32,432 bases of DNA from a virus (Duplodnaviria > Heunggongvirae > Uroviricota > Caudoviricetes): the IMG/VR virus record IMGVR_UViG_2541047755_000010; one strand, 5' to 3'. Shown here one piece after another: positions 17,079 through 25,089 of the stretch. A program made the position numbers and the translations under genes. Each line of letters starts with the position of its first letter. Within the stretch, counting starts at the first letter, position 1. Below the pieces are notes generated by a model, which was not told the DNA's origin, searched no databases, and was given only the letters and a program-made list of their open reading frames with translations.

Positions 17079-17508
17079 CGCCGTGCCGGTGCTGGCACGA
17101 AACCCCGATATGATGCGTGTCTTTATCGACAACGGGAATCTGGCCTCGACGCTGGCGACGTCGCTGTCGTTTGAGAACCGGTACACGCTGAATGTGGTGG
17201 TGACCGATTTCACGGATGATATCGAGCTGTTACTCGTCCCGATTCAGGCGTGGCTACGCATACATCAGGCTGACATTATGACGACCGATGAAGGGCGTAA
17301 AAAGGGATTCACCTATTTTGCCGATATCAACGACAACGACAGCGTCGATATCAGTATCAGTCTGATGCTGACCGAGCGCACTATCGTTAAAGAACAGGGG
17401 GATAAGCTTCACGTTGAACAGGCTGAAGAGCCGCAGCCGCCGGAGCCCGTTACCCGGCCAGTTGAGCTGTATGTTAACGGTGAGCTCGTGAGTCGATTGC
17501 ATGAATGA
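17041..17508 (+). CDS. R: tail completion protein (P2 gpR family)
   Basis: 155-aa ORF; size and position match P2 R. Confidence 0.85.
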   Translation: MYKPKSLRKALTDAVPVLARNPDMMRVFIDNGNLASTLATSLSFENRYTLNVVVTDFTDDIELLLVPIQAWLRIHQADIMTTDEGRKKGFTYFADINDNDSVDISISLMLTERTIVKEQGDKLHVEQAEEPQPPEPVTRPVELYVNGELVSRLHE

Positions 17509-17968
17509 CTTTAAACCCTTTGACGATACGCTCACGGGGCTGATAGCAGCGCTGTCTCCTGCCGCCCGTCGCAGAATGGCCGCAGATATCGCTAAGACCC
17601 TGCGAGCCCGTCAACAGCGCCGGATTAAAATGCAGAAAGCCCCGGACGGGACACCTTACGCCGCCCGAAAACGCCAGCCGGTAAAAGCCAAAACAGGCCG
17701 GGTTAAGCGGGAAATGTTCGCTAAGCTCCGCACCAGTCGCTTTATGAAAGCCACAGCGGGGAATGACTCGGCGGTCGTGGAATTTACCGGCAAGGTACAA
17801 CGGATGGCGAATGTGCATCAGTACGGTCTCAAAGATAAGCCTGGGCGAAACAGTGCGCCGGTACAGTATGACGCCCGAATGCTTATCGGGTTTGATCATG
17901 AATCAAAAAATATGATTCATGACATAATTATGGTTTCTTTAGCTGAGGCGGCTAGATCTATTGATTGA
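17501..17968 (+). CDS. S: tail completion protein (P2 gpS family); the 3' end is AT-rich and contains an inverted repeat
   Basis: 155-aa ORF following R. The last ~25 codons shift to AT-rich sequence and include the 10-bp inverted repeat tcatgaatca/tgattcatga (17896-17922). Confidence 0.8.
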   Translation: MNDFKPFDDTLTGLIAALSPAARRRMAADIAKTLRARQQRRIKMQKAPDGTPYAARKRQPVKAKTGRVKREMFAKLRTSRFMKATAGNDSAVVEFTGKVQRMANVHQYGLKDKPGRNSAPVQYDARMLIGFDHESKNMIHDIIMVSLAEAARSID

Positions 17969-18005
17969 TTTTATGTATTTTATTTTCTATACAAGTGAGG
18001 ATGTT

Positions 18006-19349
18006 ATGGAAAATAAAAAATATCAAGTATTTGTGAGCTCTACATACGTCGATTTAATTGATGCTCGCAAAAAAATCATAGAAACGGTCCTTAGTTTATA
18101 CCACTTTCCAGTTGGCATGGAGATGTTTAGCGCTGATGACTCTGAGCAGTGGGATATAATAAAGGAGACTATTGATGCTAGTGATTATTATGTGATTATC
18201 ATTGGGCATAAGTATGGGTCCGTTTCTAAAGATGGTATTAGCTATACTGAAATGGAATATAACTATGCTAAATCATTAAATATACCGGTGTTGGCTTTTA
18301 TTAGAGGGAGGGACGTTTTAACAAAACCACATGAACGAGAAAGTGACCCTCAAAAAGAAAAGCAACTAAATGCTTTTATTGAAAAAGCTAAAGCTAACAA
18401 AATGTGTGATTTTTGGGAGACAATTGATGAGTTAGCGACGAAGGTTGCTATCGCCTTACCAAAAGTAATGCGACGAAATCCACGAATAGGATGGGTGCGC
18501 GGTGACCAGGTCGCATCTAAAGAGATTACCGCCGAGTTGGCTGAGCTATCTAATGAAAATAGAAAATTAAGGGAAAAAGTCCGCGAATATGAAAGCCAAT
18601 TACATAGCGATGCACCTCAATTAGAGCTGAGCATGATTGATAATGACTTAGCTTTGACGGTGGATGTGGAGTCGACTTATCAGGATTACCTTCCACAACT
18701 ATGCAAGGAAGCGGTACCTCTTGAGTTGAAGGACACTATCACCATTGATGAGATTGAATCATATAACTCTTCACTGCCTACTGATAAAGATGTGGATTTA
18801 TATAATAAAAAAATGAGATTGCACTGTAATTACAAAAACAATGCAATTACAGTGAAGCCCGTTTTAAGAAATAATGGGAGGACTTTTGCGTCAAATGTTT
18901 ATGTTGAGATTGATTTTCCTGAATTCCTAATAGTGCTTAAAGGTTCTAATGAAGACTTATTTATAAAAGAGCCGAAATTAAAAATCCCTGAGTCCCCAAT
19001 AAGTAAGCATAAAAAAAGACTCAGTGCTATAATGTCACTCGAAAATTTTAGGATGGGTATTTTTGATGATACATCGATGGTAATGGCTAAACCTCATTTC
19101 GAAGTGCCAGCAATAATTAAACGGATGGCTGATTTAGGAACAGTTAACCAAGATGAGTGGGTCATGAAAGAGGACCATAAAATCACGTTGCGTGCGAAAA
19201 AAGTGTTACAGAGCTTAACTGTTGAGTATGAGGAAATAGTCATCATTCCCTTAACGATTGGCTCTGGAGTTATTAATTTTAAAATTATATGTGAGCAATT
19301 GAAGGAGCCTGTTGTTTTTTCTCGTCAGGTTACAGTTACCCCAAGCTAG
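18006..19349 (+). CDS. AT-rich accessory protein (447 aa) with a DUF4062/TIR-like N-terminal domain, a coiled-coil linker and an uncharacterised C-terminal domain
   Basis: ATG at 18006 preceded by GAGGA. N-terminus KYQVFVSSTYVDLIDARKK…YYVIIIGHKYGSV…IPVLAFIRG resembles the DUF4062/TIR-like N-terminal pattern as I recall it. Coiled coil around ELAELSNENRKLREKVREYESQL. Sits between S and V, where P2 carries orf30. Confidence 0.7.
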   Translation: MENKKYQVFVSSTYVDLIDARKKIIETVLSLYHFPVGMEMFSADDSEQWDIIKETIDASDYYVIIIGHKYGSVSKDGISYTEMEYNYAKSLNIPVLAFIRGRDVLTKPHERESDPQKEKQLNAFIEKAKANKMCDFWETIDELATKVAIALPKVMRRNPRIGWVRGDQVASKEITAELAELSNENRKLREKVREYESQLHSDAPQLELSMIDNDLALTVDVESTYQDYLPQLCKEAVPLELKDTITIDEIESYNSSLPTDKDVDLYNKKMRLHCNYKNNAITVKPVLRNNGRTFASNVYVEIDFPEFLIVLKGSNEDLFIKEPKLKIPESPISKHKKRLSAIMSLENFRMGIFDDTSMVMAKPHFEVPAIIKRMADLGTVNQDEWVMKEDHKITLRAKKVLQSLTVEYEEIVIIPLTIGSGVINFKIICEQLKEPVVFSRQVTVTPS

Positions 19350-19425
19350 TTTTTGTATGTTGTGCCATATCTGGTAAAACCCGCATTAATTGCCGTCCAG
19401 AGCACCGGGCGGCATCCTTCCTTGT

Positions 19426-20067
19426 ATGAATACTCGCGCAACTCTTCAGGACGCTTTACGCCTCCTTCGCAACCTGATACGTACCGGCGTCGTCGTCGAA
19501 GTTGACCTCGATGACGGGCGCTGTCGCGTCCAGACTGGCGGCATTGTTACCGACTGGCTTCAGTGGCTGACCACACGCGCCGGTCGTTCACGTGTCTGGT
19601 GGGCTCCGTCTGTGGGCGAGCAGGTTTTACTGCTGGCCGTGGGTGGTGAACTCGACACCGCTTTTGTGCTGCCCGGCATTTTTTCGGATGACCACCCCGC
19701 GCCGTCGGCGTCGGCTGATGCTTTTCACATCACCTTTCCTGATGGGGCTGTTATCGAGTACGAGCCGGAGACCGGCGCGCTGACCGTGAGCGGCATTAAA
19801 ACCGCAGACGTTACGGCGTCGGATTCCATCACCGCGACGGTACCGCTGGTGACGGTGAAAGCCGAGACCCGCATCACCCTCGATACACCGGAAGTGGTCT
19901 GCACCAACAAACTGACGACGGCGACGCTTGAGGTACAACAAGGCGGCACCATGCGCGGAAACATCGAACACACCGACGGTACGTTTAAATCCAACGGCGT
20001 TCAGGTCGACAGCCACGGTCACGGCGGTGTGCAAAGAGGTGGAGCCTGGACGGAGGGCACGAAATGA
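19426..20067 (+). CDS. V: baseplate spike protein (P2 gpV family)
   Basis: 213 aa from the ATG at 19426; size and position match P2 V (211 aa). Confidence 0.85.
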   Translation: MNTRATLQDALRLLRNLIRTGVVVEVDLDDGRCRVQTGGIVTDWLQWLTTRAGRSRVWWAPSVGEQVLLLAVGGELDTAFVLPGIFSDDHPAPSASADAFHITFPDGAVIEYEPETGALTVSGIKTADVTASDSITATVPLVTVKAETRITLDTPEVVCTNKLTTATLEVQQGGTMRGNIEHTDGTFKSNGVQVDSHGHGGVQRGGAWTEGTK

Positions 20068-20411
20068 CGACCCGTTATATCGGTATGAACAGGGAGACCG
20101 GGCGCGCCATCACTGACGCCGATCACATCCGTCAGAGCTGTGGCGATATTTTGCGAACGCCGGTCGGCTCTCGCGTGATGCGTCGCGATTATGGCTCGCT
20201 GTTGTTCTCCCTGATTGATATGCCGCAGACCGACGCGCTGAGACTGCAAATTATGTGCGCCTGTTATATGGCGCTGCTGAAGTGGGAGCCGCGCATCAGC
20301 ATCAGCTCGCTGACGGTAGAACGTCAGTTTAACGGTCAGATGATTGTTGAGCTGACCGGCGAGACCCGGGACACCGGCAAAACCCTGTCACTGACTATTC
20401 CTGTGAGTTGA
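20064..20411 (+). CDS. W: baseplate wedge protein (P2 gpW family, gp25-like)
   Basis: 115-aa ORF, identical in length to P2 W and following V. Confidence 0.88.
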   Translation: MTTRYIGMNRETGRAITDADHIRQSCGDILRTPVGSRVMRRDYGSLLFSLIDMPQTDALRLQIMCACYMALLKWEPRISISSLTVERQFNGQMIVELTGETRDTGKTLSLTIPVS

Positions 20412-20415
20412 ATTT

Positions 20416-21324
20416 ATGGCAAACATCGACCTGAGCCAGCTCCCCGCGCCTGACGTCGTGGAAACGCTGGATTTTGAGACTATTCTCGCGGAACGCAAAG
20501 CGACGCTGGTCTCGCTTTACCCTGAAGAACAACAGGACGCTGTTGCGCGTACTCTCGCCCTTGAGTCTGAGCCACTGGTGAAGTATCTGGAGGAAAACGC
20601 CTATCGGGAGGTTATCTGGCGTCAGCGTGTAAACGATGCGGCGAAAGGCTGCACACTGGCTTATGCGAGTAATAACGACCTTGATGTGATGGCCGGAAAC
20701 AACAACACCGCGCGACAGATTGTGACGCCCGCCGATGACAGCACTATCCCGCCGACACCCGCCGTCATGGAATCTGATACCGATTTACGGTTACGCGCAC
20801 AACAGGCTTATGAAGGGCTCAGCGTGGCTGGTCCGGTCGGCGCATATGAATACCACGGTCGCAGCGCCGACGGTCGGGTCGCTGATATCTCGGTTGTCAG
20901 CCCGTCACCGGCCTGTGTGACCATCACCGTGCTGTCACGCGAGGATGACGGCACCGCATCCGATGAGCTTCTGACCATCGTTGAAAAAGCACTAAATGCT
21001 GAAGAGGTGCGCCCGGTTGGCGACAGGGTGACGGTGCAGAGTGCTGAAATCGTGCCGTATCAGATTGATGCAACTCTGTATTTTTATCCGGGGCCGGAGG
21101 CCGAGCCAATCCGTCAGGCCGCAGAGGAAAAACTGAAGGCATACATCAGCGCACAACAGCGACTGGGCCGGGACATTCGTCAGTCGGCCATCTATGCCGC
21201 CCTGCATGTCGAAGGTGTGCAGCGTGTCGAACTCGCCGCGCCACTGGCTGACATTGTGCTCAGTAAATACCAGGCATCCTGTTGCACCGAATACCACATC
21301 GCTGACGGGGGGGCCGATGAGTAA
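20416..21324 (+). CDS. J: baseplate assembly protein (P2 gpJ family)
   Basis: 302-aa ORF, same length as P2 J and in the expected position. Confidence 0.88.
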   Translation: MANIDLSQLPAPDVVETLDFETILAERKATLVSLYPEEQQDAVARTLALESEPLVKYLEENAYREVIWRQRVNDAAKGCTLAYASNNDLDVMAGNNNTARQIVTPADDSTIPPTPAVMESDTDLRLRAQQAYEGLSVAGPVGAYEYHGRSADGRVADISVVSPSPACVTITVLSREDDGTASDELLTIVEKALNAEEVRPVGDRVTVQSAEIVPYQIDATLYFYPGPEAEPIRQAAEEKLKAYISAQQRLGRDIRQSAIYAALHVEGVQRVELAAPLADIVLSKYQASCCTEYHIADGGADE

Positions 21325-21928
21325 TAAGCGACTGTTGCCTGTTGGCTCATCGCTGCTCGAGGTCGCCGCCGCCCGCGCGGCCGCAGATATTGAGCGTGTG
21401 CCGGTACCGCTTCGCACGTTGTGGAACTGGCGCACTTGCCCGGTGCGGCTGCTGCCGTATCTGGCGTGGGCATTTTCGGTTGACCGGTGGGATGAGAGAT
21501 GGCCGGAGGCCACAAAACGCAGCGTTATCGCCTCCGCATTTTATGTTCATGCCCACAAAGGCACCATCGCCGCATTACGGCGCGTGGTGGAGCCGCTGGG
21601 CTATCTGATTGAGGTTAAAGAGTGGTGGGAGCTCAACGAAGAGCCGGGAACTTTCCGGCTTGTGGTTGGCGTACTCGAGACCGGCATCACCGATGAGATG
21701 TATCTCGAGCTCGAGCGCCTTATTGAAGGGGCAAAACCGGCAAGCCGACACCTGACCGGGCTCGCTATCAGCCTGAGCACCACCGGGCGCGCTTATGTGG
21801 GCGCAAGCTGCTACGACGGCGACCTGTTAACCGTATATCCCTATGCCTCCGGGGAGATTGTCGTCGGTGGTGAGTTTTGTCCGGCTTCGGCCATTCATCT
21901 GATTGATAACCTGCGAGTAAGCGCATGA
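21317..21928 (+). CDS. I: baseplate protein (P2 gpI family)
   Basis: ATG at 21317 overlapping the J stop; 203 aa; position matches P2 I. Confidence 0.8.
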   Translation: MSNKRLLPVGSSLLEVAAARAAADIERVPVPLRTLWNWRTCPVRLLPYLAWAFSVDRWDERWPEATKRSVIASAFYVHAHKGTIAALRRVVEPLGYLIEVKEWWELNEEPGTFRLVVGVLETGITDEMYLELERLIEGAKPASRHLTGLAISLSTTGRAYVGASCYDGDLLTVYPYASGEIVVGGEFCPASAIHLIDNLRVSA

Positions 21929-22632
21929 CGACTAAATATTTTGCCATTCTGACCCATCAGGGCGCGGCGCGACTGGCAAACGCGACCGCACTCGGTACTA
22001 AACTGAATATTACACAAATGGCCGTCGGGGACGGAAACGGCACACTGCCGACACCTGACCCGGCTCAGACAAAGCTCATTAACGAGCGTCGCCGCGAGCT
22101 GCTAAATTCACTGGCAGTAGATGCTAACGACACCGGTCAGATTATTGCCGAGCAGATCATCCCGGAAAACGAGGGCGGTTTCTTTATCCGCGAAATCGGT
22201 CTTTACGATGATGAAGGTATCCTGATTGCTGTCGCCAACTGCCCGGAAACCTATAAACCGTTACTGGCTGAGGGGAGCGGCCGAACGCAGACCATTCGCA
22301 TGATTCTCGTTGTCTCGAGCACTTCGGCGATCACCTTAAAAATCGACCCGTCAGTCGTGCTGGCAACCCGTAAATATGTCGACGATGCAGTCATCGAGGT
22401 GAAGAGCTACGCCGACAAACTCATGAAAGATCATGAGGCAAAGGCTAACCCGCATAAGCAATACCCGCTGATTGCGAACGCACTAAAAGAAATGGCCGAC
22501 GCCGGATTGGTTGCTGAGGTTCTCAAAAACCTTGGTTTAGGAGAAGCGTCGGAAATAAATGTTGGTGTACGGGCACAGCGGACTTCCGATACTCCTCGAT
22601 CCAGCTTTCCGGAATGCAGTACTGGGGATTAA
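21925..22632 (+). CDS. H: tail fibre protein, conserved N-terminal region only (235 aa); apparently truncated shortly after a DNA-invertase crossover site
   Basis: N-terminus MTTKYFAILTHQGAARLANATALGTKLNITQMAVGDGNG… and …ATRKYVDDAV… match the constant N-terminal part of P2 H / Mu S-type tail fibres. The ORF stops about 28 codons after the crossover site at 22520-22545, whereas P2 H is about 669 aa as I recall. Confidence 0.75.
   Translation: MTTKYFAILTHQGAARLANATALGTKLNITQMAVGDGNGTLPTPDPAQTKLINERRRELLNSLAVDANDTGQIIAEQIIPENEGGFFIREIGLYDDEGILIAVANCPETYKPLLAEGSGRTQTIRMILVVSSTSAITLKIDPSVVLATRKYVDDAVIEVKSYADKLMKDHEAKANPHKQYPLIANALKEMADAGLVAEVLKNLGLGEASEINVGVRAQRTSDTPRSSFPECSTGD
22520..22545. repeat. 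left recombination site (gix/hix/cix-like 26-bp crossover site) inside the tail-fibre gene
   Basis: ttctcaaaaacc-TT-ggtttaggagaa fits the TTnTCnnAAACC / GGTTT half-site pattern of Hin/Gin/Cin/Pin sites; its inverted partner is at 24367-24392. Confidence 0.75.
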
Positions 22633-22668
22633 AATTCAGCATCATATTTGGTACTTCAGTAGGGTTCC

Positions 22669-22944
22669 ATGGCAACTCCATTCATTGATCTACGTGGTGA
22701 GATCAATCGTGCGAGTGCATACCGAAACGGAAGTCTTCCTGTTTGGATCTTACAATCGTCCCAAGGAGATGGCATTCCAGTTAGTTTTAGTGCATGTGCA
22801 GATTTCAGTTTTAATCCGGATACATTTATATCCAGCGCCAGTACTCCCAGCGTCAGCGGAGATTCTTCATCGTTAGGATGTAAATGTAGTTATATAGAGC
22901 GAGTAATATATTATGCTTACAGAGTTGTTCCAACTTCATACTAA
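22669..22944 (+). CDS. hypothetical small protein (91 aa) in frame with H but separated from it by two stop codons; possible remnant of a variable tail-fibre segment
   Basis: Same frame as H; Ser/Gly/Thr-rich; a divergent inverted copy of this DNA lies near the other end of the segment. Confidence 0.3.
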   Translation: MATPFIDLRGEINRASAYRNGSLPVWILQSSQGDGIPVSFSACADFSFNPDTFISSASTPSVSGDSSSLGCKCSYIERVIYYAYRVVPTSY

Positions 22945-23351
22945 ACCCTAGATCGTAACGAGGATTTTACTTATGTTGTGAGGGCGGCCTAATAAACAAT
23001 GGAATATTATGTGAAGGCGTAAATGGCATAAAAGGGGTAGACGCTGAAATTAATAATCCTTATCGCGGGACGAAGGGGTTTTCCTGCATGTTAAGAGAAT
23101 CCACCGCCGATGGCGTAGGAACCCATGGCTGTTCCCGAATAGATAAAGCAGCAACACATAAAGCTGGTCAAGCATTATACGGACCGGCAGAAATGGACTC
23201 ATAGAGAGGTGTTCGAGACCCTCACGGGGAAATAACCTGCACCATCGAATCTGGGGCATCATTATATGTACGCGCTGGAGCTGGTTGCCCTGAAAATTGC
23301 TCCAGTTTTGGCACGTTATACGCATATGGTAATTGAGGTCAGGAGAAATCC

Positions 23352-23588
23352 GTGGCGGTGACGGTAGCTCATCCTGTTACCGCGTCAGACTCATCCGAAA
23401 CACAGTGCCGTTGGGTGGTTGATGCCGCCGTCGACTCCCGTACGCCCAGTCATCTGAGCTTACAGGGAGTAAGGAAATCGATTGAGGCAGAAACAACTGA
23501 CTTTAACTCCGTGTTTGATGCGACTGCCGCGGTGCTGGCCAGAGCTTCCATCTCCGCGCCGGATTTCATATGGCCCCAATTGCCATAG
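23352..23588 (+). CDS. hypothetical small protein (78 aa)
   Basis: GTG start preceded by an AGGAGA RBS at 5-nt spacing; no recognisable similarity. Confidence 0.3.
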   Translation: MAVTVAHPVTASDSSETQCRWVVDAAVDSRTPSHLSLQGVRKSIEAETTDFNSVFDATAAVLARASISAPDFIWPQLP

Positions 23589-24366
23589 GGGTTGGACATG
23601 GCGTTACTGGAGGTATTGACATGTCAATCACTCGGAGCGCTGCCAGCTATTGATGCTACTATTTATATTGTGCAAGTTACTTCCCCTTCATGCGCCGGCT
23701 CGCAGCCTTACCAGGTCAAAGTTGCCGGACCACATAATCGATAGCCTGATTAATGAGTAGCTGCTGCTCCAGTACGACTGCAGGCATCTATTCCTCCTGT
23801 GTCCGCAATAGATTCTCTGACTATGCAAATATATTCTCGCCTTTCGCGATCATGATTATACATGTTAGCGGTACTCGGGTTTATGGAATTTACGTTGTCT
23901 TTTCATCCTGCATTACTTAACAGGCAGATCTCACGATATAATTAAAGTCATTGTTACTATCCAGGGTTTAGTTTGAAGTTGGAACCACTCAAGAAGCATC
24001 ATATATTACTCACTCTACATAGCTACCTTTACTGCCTTCAGATAAAGATGATGCGACGACGCCAGTTGTACTAGCGCCAGATTTAGATTGGTACGTATTG
24101 AAACTGAAACCCGCACATGCAATAAAACCATTTCGAACGGTATCTGCTGTTTACGATTGTAAGCCAAAAACAGTATCACTTCCTTTTGCGTATGCAAACC
24201 CAAGATGGAATACACCATGTAAAGCAAGGAATTTTTCTCTGATGTAACCCTATGCAAGAATAAGGTATTATTGAGATTTATGAGATCCACTGTTGGATTT
24301 AAACCGGCTTATTCGCCCAGTAGCAGGAGTCCACTTAACAGGTGCACCAACGGGTAATGCCGAACC

Positions 24367-24392
24367 TTCTCCCAAACCAACGTTTAAGAAAA
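24367..24392. repeat. right recombination site (inverted partner of the 22520-22545 site)
   Basis: ttctcccaaacc-AA-cgtttaagaaaa; its reverse complement ttttcttaaacg-TT-ggtttgggagaa matches the left site in 11 of 12 positions of the right half-site with the same TT core. Confidence 0.7.
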
Positions 24393-24446
24393 TGTAGTTT
24401 TCCCCCCTAGCTGGCATCATTTGGGCTTTTGCATGAGGGAAAACAA

Positions 24447-25025
24447 ATGCAGGTTGGCTATGTGCGCGTATCAACAAATGAACAAAATACCGCGCTACAG
24501 CGTGACGCGCTGGAACGGTCGGGATGTGAGCTAATTTTCGAGGATAAAATCAGCGGTAAATCGACAAACAGGCCAGGGTTAAATCGCGCACTCAGGCAAC
24601 TTAATGCCGGTGATACTCTCGTTGTCTGGAAGCTCGACAGGCTCGGGCGTAGCATGCGCCATCTTGTCTCTATGACTGAAGAGCTTCGCCAGCGAGGGGT
24701 TAATTTCAGAAGCCTGACCGACAGTATTGATACCTCAACCCCGATGGGGCGATTTTTCTTTCACATCATGGGCGCTCTTGCAGAAATGGAACGCGAGTTA
24801 ATCGTCGAACGAACCCGCGCCGGGCTGGATGCAGCCCGGGCACAAGGCAGGATCGGAGGTCGTAGGCCGAAGCTGACGCCTGATGAATGGGCTCAGGCTG
24901 GCCGGTTGATTGCGGCCGGAGAATCCCGACAGCGTGTTGCACTGATTTTTGATGTGGGCATATCGACGCTGTATAAAAAATTTCCGGCGACAAATCCCGT
25001 TGTGTCAGCCACCGGCGAACCCTGA
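24447..25025 (+). CDS. serine recombinase, DNA invertase of the Hin/Gin/Cin/Pin family
   Basis: 192 aa from the ATG at 24447; MQVGYVRVSTNEQNTALQRDALERSGCELIFEDKISGKSTNRPGL…LVVWKLDRLGRSMRHL…FRSLTDSIDTSTPMGRFFFHIMGALAEMERELIVERTRAGL…GRIGGRRPKLT… is near-collinear with Gin/Hin as I recall them, including the catalytic Ser in YVRVSTNEQ. Confidence 0.93.
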   Translation: MQVGYVRVSTNEQNTALQRDALERSGCELIFEDKISGKSTNRPGLNRALRQLNAGDTLVVWKLDRLGRSMRHLVSMTEELRQRGVNFRSLTDSIDTSTPMGRFFFHIMGALAEMERELIVERTRAGLDAARAQGRIGGRRPKLTPDEWAQAGRLIAAGESRQRVALIFDVGISTLYKKFPATNPVVSATGEP

Positions 25026-25089
25026 CAAATAGCCGCATACAGGCGTAAACCAGACAATATCACTCACCTCAACTAACGGAGTTAAACGG

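Larger units (their letters stand above)
22520..24392. other. invertible DNA segment (about 1.87 kb) bounded by inverted crossover sites, adjacent to the DNA invertase gene
   Basis: Inverted 26-bp sites at both ends with matching core dinucleotides (TT versus AA on the plus strand), and the invertase gene immediately downstream, as in Mu G / P1 C / e14 P. The segment is AT-rich, has no ORF over 105 aa, and carries divergent inverted internal homology (about 22700-22880 versus 24015-24200). Confidence 0.65.

Noticed and set aside
22559-22876. 105-aa plus-strand ORF resembling the minus-strand ORF 24015..24290
   Set aside because: The resemblance reflects inverted DNA homology read in a non-coding frame; it starts on a non-ATG codon and lies out of frame with H. 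Reported as evidence of internal inverted homology, not as a gene.
23050-23325. 91-aa minus-strand ORF in the invertible segment
   Set aside because: Cys/Trp/Arg-rich composition and no RBS; likely not coding. The segment as a whole looks non-coding or decayed.
22950-24000. Structured ncRNA (retron msr/msd, group II intron or DGR template) in the ORF-poor core of the invertible segment
   Set aside because: There is no reverse transcriptase ORF nearby and no recognisable conserved RNA motif. Local hairpins exist but are not diagnostic; decayed tail-fibre sequence is the more economical explanation.
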